Positions 30,453 to 41,350 of a stretch of DNA of 64,000 nucleotides are shown one piece after another. Each line of letters opens with the position of its first letter. Within the stretch, counting starts at the first letter, position 1. Location of the stretch: assembly GCA_963848295.1 (NCBI GenBank), contig CAWKDB010000002.1, positions 1,056,001-1,120,000 of the forward strand, given 5' to 3'. The position numbers and the translations under genes were made by a program. The notes under the pieces were generated by a model. It saw only the letters and a program-made list of their open reading frames with translations, did no database searches and was not told where the DNA came from. Source of the DNA: an uncultured delta proteobacterium (GTDB lineage Bacteria; Myxococcota_A; Polyangia; Haliangiales; Haliangiaceae).

Positions 30453-33400
30453 GTGGAGCAGTTCGGCAAATACACGCTGATCCGCAAGATCGGCAGCGGC
30501 GGCATGGCCGAGGTGTTCCTCGCGCGCACGATGGTCGCGCAGGGGCTCAACAAGACCCTCGTCATCAAGAAGATCCACAGCGCGTATGCGCGCAGTCGCC
30601 AGTTCGTCACGATGTTCGTCGACGAGGCGAAGATCGCGCTCGGGCTCAACCACCCGAACATCATCCAGGTGTTCGACTTCGGCGCGGTCGGCGACACCTA
30701 CTTCCTCGCGATGGAGCACGTCGAGGGCATGGACCTGCTCCGCCTCTTGCAAGAGGCCGCGAAGGCGAAGGTCCGCGTGCCGTACGGGCTCAGCACGTAC
30801 ATCGTGCAGCAGGTGGCCAAGGGGCTCGACTACGCCCACCGCAAGGCCGACGAGTTCGGCCAGGCACTCGGCATCGTGCACCGCGATATCTCGCCGCAGA
30901 ACGTGCTGCTGTCGTGGGACGGCGGGGTCAAGATCGTGGACTTCGGTATCGCGCGCGCCCGCGATGTCCACGAAGAGGCCGGCGTCATCAAGGGCAAGTT
31001 CGCGTACATGTCGCCGGAGCAAGCCCGCGGCGAGCCAGTCGATTGCCGCAGCGACGTGTTCGCGGCCGGCATCGTGCTGTACGAGCTGGTGTGCGCGCGC
31101 CCGCTGTTCCACGCCAAGGGCAAGGACGCGCTCGAGCTCGTCAAGTCCGGCGCGATTCCGCGCCCGCGCGACTTCGCGCCCGAGCTGCCCGATTCGCTCG
31201 AGCGGATCATGCTCAAGGCGCTCGCGTTTCATCGCGCCGATCGGTTCCAGACCGCGCGCGACCTGCAGCACGAGCTCGGCAAGTTCCAGCTCGAGTGGGG
31301 CCAGAAATCCGGCGCGCTGATCGACAACGGCCAGCTCGCCCAGCAGCTCGCACAGCTCGCGCCGCCCGATGCGCGCGTCGTCACCGCGAGACCGCCGGCC
31401 GAGGGCGACGGCGTGCCGTCGGCCGTCCACGACGATGCGTCGGCGCCGGTCGTGTTCCCGAACGCGAGCGGCCCGATCAGCAAGAGCGAGCTGCCGAGCG
31501 GCAACTATCCGCGGCCGCCGACGCCGACCCCGATCCCCTCGAACACGCCGGGCGTACGCGACAGCCGCGAGCGCAAGTACGTCTACGTGTTGCAAGGGGT
31601 GCTGCGCGGGATGAGCGCACTCGAGCACAAGCTCGGTCACGCCGGCGCCGCGCGCCTGGTCAACGAGTTCTACAAGGTCGCGCAAGGTGTCGCCTACAAG
31701 CACCACGCGCTGCTCGACGTGCCCAAGCTGCCCGGCGACGGCAAGGACGTCTCGGTCGCAGAGCTGGCGATGGGCACGACCGGCGGCGAGACGATCGTCC
31801 GGCTCGTCGTGGGCTTGCCGATCGCGAGCGAGGACGATGCCGGGCGCGCGATCCAGCTCGCGCTCGCGCTCGTCGATGCGCTCGATGGGATCGGCTCCGA
31901 TGTCGAGCCCGAGCTCCGGCTCGCGCTCGCGGTCCAGCGCGGCGTCGCGCTGGTCGTGCCCAAGCCTCAGCGCGGCAAGCCGCGCCCCGGCGACGAAGGC
32001 CCGGTGTTCGAGATCGAGGAGTCGACCGCCGCGTTCGCGCAGAAGCTCGCGCGGCAAGCGCGCGGTGCCGAGATCCTGGTCGGCGGTCGCGTGTACCGCG
32101 CGGCGCGCGCCGAGTGGACCTTCGAGGCGTTGCCGGCGATCGACTTGCCCGAGGATCTGGTCTCGCCGACCGGATCGCGAACCTCGGCCGACGAGGACAC
32201 CGATCCCGGCGTCAAGCGCGCCCGGGTGTTCCGGCTGCGCGGTCCGAAAGAGCGGGCGCAACGGCTGCGCGAGAGCCGGGACCTGGTCCGGCTGCACGGC
32301 CGCGACCTCGAGCTCAAGGCGCTACGCGATGCGTGGCGCGACGTCTTGGTGTCGCGGCGCAAGCGCCAGCTCGTGATCGTCGGCGACGCCGGCGTCGGTA
32401 AGCGCGCGCTCGTGCGCACGTTCCTCGACGGCGTGGCGCCGAGTGAAGCGGTCGTCATCCGTACCCATGCGCGGGTCGGCACCGCGATGACTCCGTACGG
32501 CGTGATCGCGGATCTCGCGCGCGAGGTCCTGGGCCTCGCGGAGGACGCCGAGCCCCACGAGGTCGAGCGCCGGCTGCTCGAGATCATTCCGCTGATCTAC
32601 GGCGCGGAGTCGCAGTCGCGCGAGGCGCAAGACCGCGCTCCAGCTGTTCGGCATGCTGCTCGGCGCGAAGGGGGCGTCGCCGGCGGCGGAGGTCGATGCG
32701 GACACCCGGCGCCAGGCGATGCTCCAGACCCTGATCCGCGTCGAGCGCCAGCTCGAAGGCGACAAGCCGGTGATCCTCGTCGGCGAGGACATCCATTGGA
32801 CCGATCAGGACAGCCAGGAGCTGTTCGCGGCGCTGCTCAAGGTCGACACGCCGCGCCCGCTGTTCGGCGTGATGACGACCCGGCCCGAGCCGCGGATCCT
32901 GAAGCTGCTCAAGGACCTGGGCACCGAGATCGTCCAGCTCGACGAGCTGCCCGACGACGCGCGGCGCCAGATGCTCGCCGAGCGGTTCGTGCCGGGCCAC
33001 GACATCGCCGAGCTCGCGGAGCAAGTCGTCGCGCGCGCCGGTGGCAACCCGTTCTTCGTCAACGAGCTGCTCGATGCGCTGGTCGAGCGCGGCATCCTCG
33101 TGGCCGACGGCGATGAGGGCGAGTTTCCCGGCTTGCTGCGCTGGATCAAACGCGACGCGCCGATCTCGGTGCCGAGCGACGATCGAGGATCTGATCGTCG
33201 GCCGGGTCGACGCGTTGCCGACCGCCGAGCGCGACGCGCTGATCCACGCGGCCGTGCTCGGCCGCCACGTCTCGGCGACGACGCTCGCGGCGCTGCTCGG
33301 CCAGCCGGTGCGGCTCGAGCTCGACGAGCTGGTCCGGCGCGGGCTGCTCTCGCCGATCGACGGCGAGTACCGATTCAAGAACGACATGACGATGACCGTC

Positions 33401-34945
33401 GCGTACGGCTTGATCTCGGTCGAGACCCGGGTCCAGCTCCATCGCGCCGCCGCCGCGCGGATCGCGGGCGCGGCGGGCTATCGCAGCGGCCAAGACGACG
33501 CGTTCATCGCTCGCCACCTCGAGCTCGCAGGCGACGACCTCGCGGCGGCCGATCGCTACCTGCGCGCCGCCGGCCACGCGGTCGAGCTCGGCGGCAACGC
33601 CGATGCGTTTCGCCAGCTGACCCGCGCGCTCAAGCTCGTGCCCGAGGCCGAGCACGCGCGCCGGTTCGCGGCCCACAAGCTACGCGAGGAGATCATGCGC
33701 CGGCTCGCCCGTCGGCCGCAGCAGCTGCGCGAGCTCCACGCGATGCGCAAGGAGGCCGAGGCGCTCGGCGAGGCCGGCAAGCTCGCCGCCGCGCACTGCG
33801 CGCTCGCTCAGTTCTACATCGACGTCGGCAAGGCGCCGGCCGCGCTGCGCGCCGTCGCGCCCGGTCTCGAGTATGCGCGCGAGGCCAAGGACGCGCTGCT
33901 CGAAGCCGAGGCGCTGCGGCTGCGCGCCGCGATCGCGCGGCTCGTCGGCAATGCCGATGAATCGCTGCGGCTGGTCGAGCAAGCGCTCGAGCTCGTGGAC
34001 AGGACGAAACCGCAGACCGAGACCGGCCGGCTGCCGACGCCGGTGCTGGTCGCCCGCGCGACGATCCTCAACCAGCGCGGCACGACGCTGTGGAACATCG
34101 GCCGGCTCGAGGCCGCGATCGAGAGCTACGCCGAGGCGCTCGTCATCTACCGCGCGATCGGGATGGCGCGCCACGAAGCGCGTGCGCTCAACAACATGGG
34201 CATCGTGTTTGCGGCGCTCGGCGAATACGAAGAAGCGCTCGCGCACTACAAGAGCGCACTCAAGATCGATCAGGCGACCGGCGATCGCAGCGCGATCGCG
34301 CAGAAGCTCGGCAACATCGGCCAGTGCTACTCCGATCTCGGTGACGTGGTGCGCGCCGAGAGCTACCTCGGCAAGGCGATGAAGCTCGCCGACCAGACCG
34401 GTGACTTATCGGCCGCGTGCGACGCGGCGGTGTCGATGGGCCAGACCAAGATGCAGCGCGGTGATTCGCTCGGCGCGCGCGCCATGTTCGAGCGCGGCTT
34501 GAAGCTGGCGAGCGAGAACCGCGACCGCTACCAGGAAGTGCGCGCGATGCAGTACATCGCGCTGTCGCACCTCGTCGCCGGCGATCCACCCGAGGGCGCG
34601 CTCGAGATCGCGAAGACGTCGACCGAGTGGGCGCGCAAGATGCCGATGCTGGTCGGCATCATCTACGGATTGATGTTCCAGGCGCTCGCGCTGTCGAAGC
34701 TCGGCCGCCACGACGAGGCGATCGCGGCGAGCGACGAGGCGGTCCGCCTGCTCGAGGGCGCTCGACCCGAGGGCGCCGAGAACGTCTATCGTTGGCGCGC
34801 CGAGGTGCTCGCCGCCGCGGGCCGACCAGCCGACGCGAAGGCATCCGGCGCGCGCGCCGCCGCCGAGGTCGAGACCAAGGCCGCGAAGCTGCGCGACCCC
34901 GAGCTGCGCCGGATGTACATCGGCAGCCGGCAACGGACGGTTTGA
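30453..34945 (+). CDS. Multidomain Ser/Thr kinase + degenerate cyclase-like + AAA ATPase + TPR protein, frameshifts near 32630 and 33180
   Basis: Kinase motifs HRDISPQN, DFGIA and GKFAYMSPE; LHGRDLEL, GDAGVGKR, EDIHWTD and AGGNPFF; multiple TPRs (ALNNMGIVFAALGEYEEALAHY). Joined from three consecutive ORFs. Confidence 0.88.
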
Positions 34946-34997
34946 TTCGCCAGGGCGGATCCCCGGAGCGTCAGAGCGATCGTGTTATCTCCGGCCC

Positions 34998-35228
34998 ATG
35001 GCGATCGAGCTCCAAGTCCTTCATCGCAATGACCCGGCTGCCCTCGCCGAGCTGATCGAGCTCGCGATCCCGAATACCGTGATCGATGGCGAGACCGGAG
35101 TCGCTCATCTGTCCGCGGTGGTCGATGCGGAGGAGCGCGAGATGGTCAAGCGGCGCGACAGCTGGCGCTGGCTCAACTCGATCTCGCCGGGCCATGTCGA
35201 TCGCGATAACGACTGGTCGGAAATCTAA
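34998..35228 (+). CDS. Small hypothetical protein (76 aa)
   Basis: ATG ORF with protein-like composition filling the gap after the kinase gene. Confidence 0.5.
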   Translation: MAIELQVLHRNDPAALAELIELAIPNTVIDGETGVAHLSAVVDAEEREMVKRRDSWRWLNSISPGHVDRDNDWSEI

Positions 35229-35452
35229 GCTGACTAGGTGAGAGCCACGAGCCGAGCGAAGTGGCTCAAACAAATTTCGCTGAAAGACTCGCGCCGGATC
35301 GAACAGGTTAAAACTAATTCTCCGACGAGGAATCGCCGGTGTCGGCTGTCCCCACTGGTGTCCGCGGGTCCCATACATCAACGCGAACGATCGCGAATGC
35401 GACACGCGCAACGACGGTAACGACGGGCACGCTCTGTGCTCCTGCGTTCGTC

Positions 35453-36448
35453 ATGCGCCATCTACTTTGCTTAGCCTCGATCACCCTCCTCGGCTGCGGC
35501 CGCCACGGCCTCGATGACCATCCCGATGGAGGCGGCTCCGCGGTCACGGATGCCGGCCCCGACGCGAGCTGCGGCAGCACGCACCTCGACCTGACGTACG
35601 TCGCACCGAACTTGATGTTCGTGATGGACCGGTCGTGCTCGATGAAGAAGGATCTCGACGGGACCCAGACCACGAAGTGGCAGGCCGCGATCGCCGCGAT
35701 CACGCACGTGATCGCGAGCTACACCACGTTCGTCCAGTGGGGCATGACGCTGTTCCCCGATACGACCGGCGACTCGTGCTCGCAAGACGCGATCCCGATC
35801 CCGCTCGGCGCGAGCAACGGCGACGCGATCACGACGCTGCTCACCGACGCGCTCGACCCGGCCAACGCGCTCTACCCGTCCGGCCCGTGCGTCACGAACA
35901 TCGACACCGGGATCGAGCAGGCCGCTACCGACCCCGGCCTAGCCGACACGACGCGCAAGAGCTACCTCATGCTCGTGACCGATGGCTCGCAGTCGAAGTG
36001 CGAGGTCGGCGGTGGCGACGCCGGCACCGAAGCCGCGGTCGCAAGTCTGTTGACCGCCGGCGTGCCGACGTTCGTGGTCGGCTTCGGCAGCGAGGTCGAC
36101 GTCAACGAGCTCACGAAGCTCGCGAACCTCGGCGGCGAAGCGCTGACCGGCTCGACCCCGTACTACTCCGCGGACACCGCCGACGAGATCGATATGGCGC
36201 TGCAATCGATCGCGGAAAAGGTCGCGAGCTGCAGCTACAAGGTCGACCCCGCTCCGCTCGACCTGAACCTCACGTATGTCGTGTTCGATGGCCACGAGCT
36301 CGTGCCGCACGACCCGGCGCACTCGGACGGCTGGGACTACGACGACGGGTCCGAGATACTGACCCTGTACGGCGACTACTGCACGCGAGTCGAGGACCTC
36401 CAGGTCACCGGCATCGACGTGACTTACGGCTGCCCGCCCGCGCTGTAG
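35453..36448 (+). CDS. von Willebrand factor A domain lipoprotein
   Basis: Lipobox ITLLG-C, MIDAS DRSCS, LVTDG and TFVVGFG. Confidence 0.85.
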   Translation: MRHLLCLASITLLGCGRHGLDDHPDGGGSAVTDAGPDASCGSTHLDLTYVAPNLMFVMDRSCSMKKDLDGTQTTKWQAAIAAITHVIASYTTFVQWGMTLFPDTTGDSCSQDAIPIPLGASNGDAITTLLTDALDPANALYPSGPCVTNIDTGIEQAATDPGLADTTRKSYLMLVTDGSQSKCEVGGGDAGTEAAVASLLTAGVPTFVVGFGSEVDVNELTKLANLGGEALTGSTPYYSADTADEIDMALQSIAEKVASCSYKVDPAPLDLNLTYVVFDGHELVPHDPAHSDGWDYDDGSEILTLYGDYCTRVEDLQVTGIDVTYGCPPAL

Positions 36449-36525
36449 CCCGGACGATGGCCGGGGTACCGACCCGCGCTGACTTGCCGCATGACAGCGG
36501 CGCCGAGATCTGCAAGGGTGCAGCG

Positions 36526-37194
36526 GTGAGCACCGAGCCGATCCGGCCGATCACGCCCCCCGCGCGCCGGCGCGTGTTCTCGGGCAAGCGGATGCTGCTC
36601 GGGATGCTCGGGATCGTCGGGGCGGCCTTCGTGTTCCTCGTCGTGACGTTCGTGACCCGGCCGCCGGATCCGAAGCTCGACGACCTCGGCAAGGTGCCGG
36701 CGTTCTCGCTCACCGACGAGCGCGGCCAGACGTTCACCCAGGAGGCGATGCGCGGGCGGGTCACCATCGTCAGCTTCATCTTCACGCGCTGCGATACGAT
36801 CTGCCCGACGACCACGGCGACGATGGAGCGGATTCAAGAGAAGACCCAGGACGCCGCCGATCGGATCAAGCTCGTGTCGTTCACGATGGATCCGACGTAC
36901 GACTCGCCTCCGGTGCTCGCCGCGTACGCCGCGAAGTTTCACGCCGACGGCGAGCGCTGGCGATTCTTGACCGGGCCACTCGAGACGATCCGCGCGCTCG
37001 CCGAGCACACGTTCATGTTCGGGATGCCGCGCGCCGCGGACAAGCCGGGCGGCGTGCCGAACATCGTGCACCGCGGGCTGTTCTTCCTCGTCGACGGTGG
37101 GCTGCACGTTCGCGGGTTCTACGACTATCAAGATATCCCCGCGCTCGACGAGTTGATCCGCGACGCGCGCTTCCTGGCGCGGACGACGACGTGA
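36526..37194 (+). CDS. SCO1/SenC-family copper chaperone
   Basis: N-terminal TM, FSLTDERG, FIFTRCDTICP (CxxxC), DPTYD, WRFLTG and VHRGLFFLVD. The start could instead be 36457. Confidence 0.9.
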   Translation: MSTEPIRPITPPARRRVFSGKRMLLGMLGIVGAAFVFLVVTFVTRPPDPKLDDLGKVPAFSLTDERGQTFTQEAMRGRVTIVSFIFTRCDTICPTTTATMERIQEKTQDAADRIKLVSFTMDPTYDSPPVLAAYAAKFHADGERWRFLTGPLETIRALAEHTFMFGMPRAADKPGGVPNIVHRGLFFLVDGGLHVRGFYDYQDIPALDELIRDARFLARTTT

Positions 37195-37209
37195 GATAGT
37201 CGCGCCGCG

Positions 37210-38208
37210 TTGGACTCCGCGCTCAACATCACGCAGCTCGTGATCGGCATCGCGGTGCTCTACTGGGGCGCCGAGTGGCTGATCCGCGGCTCGGCGGCGA
37301 TCGCGCGCACGTTCGGGGTCAAGCCGCTCGTCGTCGGGCTCACCGTCGTCGCGTATGGCACGTCGGCGCCCGAGCTCGCGGTCGCGACCCAGACCGCGCT
37401 CGCGAACAGCCAGCCGATCGCGCTCGGCACCGTGATCGGCTCGTGCGCCGCGAACATCTCGCTGATCCTCGGCATCACCGCGCTGATCGCGCCGCCCACG
37501 ATCGACGGCCGGATCATCCGGCGCGAGGTCCCCGTGCTGATCGGCTCGGCGATCGCGGTGCCGATCTTGTTTCGCAACGGCGTGCTGTCTCGGTTCGAAG
37601 GCGCGCTGCTCGTCGCGTGCGCGGTGGTGTTCACGATCGTGACGCTCACGGTGTCGGCGCGGCTCGATCCCGACGACGACGCCGATCCCGGCGACTCCCG
37701 GCGCGGCGCCGAGGCGGTCGAGAGCGGCGAGAGCCTCGGCGGCAAGGCGCGGCCGAACAAGTCGCGGCTGCTCGCGGCGTTCTACTCGACCGCCGGCCTC
37801 GTGCTGCTGGTCACCGGCAGCAAGCTGTTCGTTCGCGGGGGGCGGTCGATCGCGGCCGAGGCCGGGATGTCGGATCGGATGCTGGGCCTGACCGTGATCT
37901 CGCTCGGCTGCGCGCTGCCCGAGCTGATCAGCTCGGTGATCGCGGCGACCCGCGGGCAAGCCGCGCTGGCGATCGGCTCGGTGATCGGCTCGAACCTCTT
38001 GAACGTCTTCCTGGTGCTCGGCATCACCGCGTACCTCAGGCCGATCCGGCTCGGCGAGCAGAGCCACTTCGTCGATCTCGTCGGCCTGGTCGCCATCACG
38101 CTGCTCGGTGTGTTGATGTTGCGCGGATCGCGCAAGATCTCTCGCTTCGAGGGCGGCATCCTCGTGGCGGCCTACGTCGCGTTCGTCGTGGCCTGCGCGA
38201 AGTTCTAG
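37210..38208 (+). CDS. Calcium/sodium antiporter (YrbG/CaCA family)
   Basis: GLTVVAYGTSAPEL and GLTVISLGCALPEL alpha repeats, IGSNLLN, about 10 TM helices. Confidence 0.92.
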   Translation: MDSALNITQLVIGIAVLYWGAEWLIRGSAAIARTFGVKPLVVGLTVVAYGTSAPELAVATQTALANSQPIALGTVIGSCAANISLILGITALIAPPTIDGRIIRREVPVLIGSAIAVPILFRNGVLSRFEGALLVACAVVFTIVTLTVSARLDPDDDADPGDSRRGAEAVESGESLGGKARPNKSRLLAAFYSTAGLVLLVTGSKLFVRGGRSIAAEAGMSDRMLGLTVISLGCALPELISSVIAATRGQAALAIGSVIGSNLLNVFLVLGITAYLRPIRLGEQSHFVDLVGLVAITLLGVLMLRGSRKISRFEGGILVAAYVAFVVACAKF

Positions 38209-38348
38209 GAATCTCGCTCAGATCGCCCGTCCTTCGGGTTGAGGTGCGACCATCGCACCTCGATGCCGACCGGCGGTCTCGTTCGCGCGATGTGAAGACA
38301 GCGATCGGTGCTTCTGTTCGCCCGCTCGTAAACGCTACAACGCCAGCT

Positions 38349-39794
38349 ATGAGGACCGGTTATCTCGCTCTCGTGGTGTCGATCGCTGGGGCGGGTGTCG
38401 CGTCGGCGGCTCCGGTGCTGCGCGATGTGATGCACACCGTGACTCACGACCCGTCGGAGCCGGTGCCGTCCCAGGTCAACTCGCACACGCTGTTCCTCAA
38501 CCCGTGCACCGGCGGTTGCGTCGTCCGCAGCGGCCAGACCGACTCGGGCACCGGCACCTCCGACATCGGCTCGGGCACGCTCGCCGCGTTTCCGTACAGC
38601 ACCACGGTGTGGAACGACACCGTCGCGTGCGTCACCCGGATCATGGCGCCGTTCAACATCCAGGTCGTCACGACCAAGCCCGCCGGCGACTTCTTCGAAG
38701 TGATGATCGCCGGCAACTCGTGCGACATCCTCCCGCAGAGCGAGTGCGGGGACGTCGGCGGCATCGCCGATTATCCGTGCCAAGGCCCGGGCGATTGCTT
38801 CGAGTCGTACATCCCCGACGCGCTGGTGTTCGACTTCGCGAGCTCGATCGGCAACGACGCGAACTACCTGTGCGGCGTCGCGGCCCAGGAGATCGCGCAC
38901 GCGTGGACCCTCGATCACACGATCGAGACCACCGATCCGATGACGTACAACGGCTACGCCGCGAACCTGACCTACGCGAACGGCGCGAAGTGCGGCAGCG
39001 ATTGCCTCTACTCGTGTGCGAGCGGCGGCGGCACCTGCGACGCGTTCGGCGTGAAGTGCACCGGCAGCGGCGGGACCGCGACCCACGCGTGCCTCGGCAG
39101 CGGAGCCGCGACCCAGGACGAGATCAGCATCATCACCGGCCTGTTCGGACCGTCGTCGACGAACCCGCCGGTCGTCGCGATCACGTCGCCGAGCAACGGC
39201 GCGTCGGTCGGTCAGGGCTTCCCGGTCGACGTCACGTGCACGAACAGCGACGGCGTCACCTCGGTCGCGCTCGCGATCGACGGCACGACGAGCGCGACCT
39301 TGACCAGCTCGCCGTACACGTTCTCGACGCCGGCCACGCTGCCGATCGGTCCCCACACGCTGACCGCGACCTGCACCACGACGCTGAACGCGACCGCGAT
39401 GGCGTCGGTCTCGGTCACGGTCGCGAACAAGTGCACGAAGAACGCGGACTGCACCACGACCGGCGACATCTGCTACGAGGGCGCGTGCATCGCCGGTCCC
39501 GACGCGCAGGGCGGCCTCGGCACGACCTGCACGAGCAACTCGATGTGCTCTTCGGATTCGTGCGCGAGCGACGGCACGAACAGCTACTGCGTCGTGCCGT
39601 GCGACCTCAGCCACGATCAATGCCCTTCGGGCTACGGCTGCCTCGCGGACGGCACCGGCGGCGTGTGCTGGCCCGGCGTCAGTAACGGCGGCGGCGGCGG
39701 CGGCGGGTGCAACACCGGCGGTGATTCGACCGGCCCTGTGACGCTCTTGCTCGGCTTGGCTGCGCTGTTGATCACGCGCCGCAAGCGCCGGTAG
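38349..39794 (+). CDS. Secreted metzincin-like + Ig-like + Cys-rich protein with MYXO-CTERM tail (paralogue 1)
   Basis: Signal peptide; AQEIAHAWTLDH...DPMTY; Ig-like VAITSPSNG...IDG; tail GGGCNTG-TM-RRKRR. Confidence 0.8.
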   Translation: MRTGYLALVVSIAGAGVASAAPVLRDVMHTVTHDPSEPVPSQVNSHTLFLNPCTGGCVVRSGQTDSGTGTSDIGSGTLAAFPYSTTVWNDTVACVTRIMAPFNIQVVTTKPAGDFFEVMIAGNSCDILPQSECGDVGGIADYPCQGPGDCFESYIPDALVFDFASSIGNDANYLCGVAAQEIAHAWTLDHTIETTDPMTYNGYAANLTYANGAKCGSDCLYSCASGGGTCDAFGVKCTGSGGTATHACLGSGAATQDEISIITGLFGPSSTNPPVVAITSPSNGASVGQGFPVDVTCTNSDGVTSVALAIDGTTSATLTSSPYTFSTPATLPIGPHTLTATCTTTLNATAMASVSVTVANKCTKNADCTTTGDICYEGACIAGPDAQGGLGTTCTSNSMCSSDSCASDGTNSYCVVPCDLSHDQCPSGYGCLADGTGGVCWPGVSNGGGGGGGCNTGGDSTGPVTLLLGLAALLITRRKRR

Positions 39795-39907
39795 ATCCCC
39801 CTACTATCAGTAAGTTGAGTTAGCGAACCCACCGTCTCGCGCGACGTCAGCGCTAGATCGCGCTTTCCCTCTAGGTCGCGCAGGTATTGCCGCGATATTA
39901 GACAGAG

Positions 39908-41350
39908 ATGAACCGTACTCGCGTGGCTGTAGTTCTGGCCGTGACTCTCGGCGCGAGCGCCGGATCGGCCGCGCCGATCCACGAGGTGCTCGGGCATCCG
40001 AACTTCGCGGCGATGGCGCCGGTCCCGATGTTGACCAACTCGCACACCGTCTACCTCAACAAGTGCGCGGGCGGTTGCATCGTCCACACCGGCGACACCG
40101 ACGCGCGCACGAGCACGTCCGACATCGCCTCGGGTCAGCTCGGCGCGTTCACCGGGACCGACACCCAGTGGTCGAGCATCGTCAGCTGCGTCAAGGGCGT
40201 CATGGCGCCGTTCAACATCACGGTCACCGATACCGATCCGGGTGCGACCACCTCGCGGTTCGAGGTCATGGTGGCGGGTAAGGCGTGCGACATCCTGCCG
40301 GGCTCGATCTGCAACGGCATCGAAGGCGTCGCCGACGCGATCTGCCAGAGCCCGGGACAGTGCTTCGTCCCGTACCTGCCGAACGGCCTGGTGTTCGCGT
40401 TCTCGACGACCGAGCAGAACCAGGTCACGCTGATCTGCGGCACGATCGCACAGGAGGTCGCGCACGACTGGACGCTCGATCACGTCATCGAGTCGAACGA
40501 CCCGATGACCTACAACAACTACGTGACGCCGCTCAGCTACCAGAACGGCACGCGCTGCGGCAGCGACTGCTTGTACCAATGCCCGAGCGGCACGGGCTCG
40601 TGCAACGCCTACGGCACGACGTGCACGGGCAGCGGCGGCAGCGCGACCCACATCTGCCAGAGCACCGGTCAGGCGACCCAGAACGAGGTCGACACGATCA
40701 ACGCCCTGTTCGGGCCGCAGGGCGCCGCGGCCCCGACGCTGAAGATCACGTCGCCGGCCGACGGGTCGGCGGTCCAGGCCGGGTTTCCGATCGACGTCAC
40801 CTGCACGTCGCCCGACGGCATCCTCGAGGTCGACCTGTCGGTCGATGGCGTCGCGACCGCGACGCTGACCGCCGCGCCGTTCAACTTCGTCGCACCGTCG
40901 ACGCTCAAGGACGGCACCCACACGATCTCGGTGCTGTGCGGCACGACGAAGCAGGCGATCGCGACCGTCACCGAGAACCTCATCATCGGCGAGAAGTGCA
41001 GCAAGGACGCGGACTGCACCGAGACCGGATACATCTGCTACGAGGATGCGTGCATCGCCGGCCCGAACGCGCCGGGCGGCCTCGGCACGACGTGCACGAC
41101 GAACGGGATGTGCGCGTCGGGGTCGTGCACGAGCGACGGCACGAATTCGTACTGCGTCGTCCCGTGCGACACGAACAACGACCAGTGTCCGTCCGGCACC
41201 GGCTGCCTGGCCGACGGCAACGGCGGGGTGTGCTGGCCCGGCGCGAGCCATGGCTCCGGCGGCGGCGGCTGCAACACCGGCGGCAACGGCACGCTCGTGG
41301 TCGTGCTCGGCCTCGGCTTCCTCGTGCTCGGCCGGCGGAGGCGCGCGTGA
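39908..41350 (+). CDS. Secreted metzincin-like + Ig-like + Cys-rich protein with MYXO-CTERM tail (paralogue 2)
   Basis: AQEVAHDWTLDH...DPMTY; collinear with paralogue 1; tail GGGCNTG-TM-RRRRA. Confidence 0.8.
   Translation: MNRTRVAVVLAVTLGASAGSAAPIHEVLGHPNFAAMAPVPMLTNSHTVYLNKCAGGCIVHTGDTDARTSTSDIASGQLGAFTGTDTQWSSIVSCVKGVMAPFNITVTDTDPGATTSRFEVMVAGKACDILPGSICNGIEGVADAICQSPGQCFVPYLPNGLVFAFSTTEQNQVTLICGTIAQEVAHDWTLDHVIESNDPMTYNNYVTPLSYQNGTRCGSDCLYQCPSGTGSCNAYGTTCTGSGGSATHICQSTGQATQNEVDTINALFGPQGAAAPTLKITSPADGSAVQAGFPIDVTCTSPDGILEVDLSVDGVATATLTAAPFNFVAPSTLKDGTHTISVLCGTTKQAIATVTENLIIGEKCSKDADCTETGYICYEDACIAGPNAPGGLGTTCTTNGMCASGSCTSDGTNSYCVVPCDTNNDQCPSGTGCLADGNGGVCWPGASHGSGGGGCNTGGNGTLVVVLGLGFLVLGRRRRA

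Noticed and set aside
30453..34945. Programmed frameshifting or phase variation to explain split genes (also 2505, 14530, 44290, 55945, 56265)
   Set aside because: I see no slippery heptamers or long simple-sequence tracts at the breaks. Indels are scattered across unrelated genes, consistent with sequencing error.
35229..35452. Riboswitch upstream of the vWA lipoprotein
   Set aside because: I recognise no consensus of a known riboswitch class, only a short hairpin and an AT-rich patch.
39686..39706. GGC tandem repeats (also near 3008-3027)
   Set aside because: They encode poly-Gly linkers of secreted proteins.
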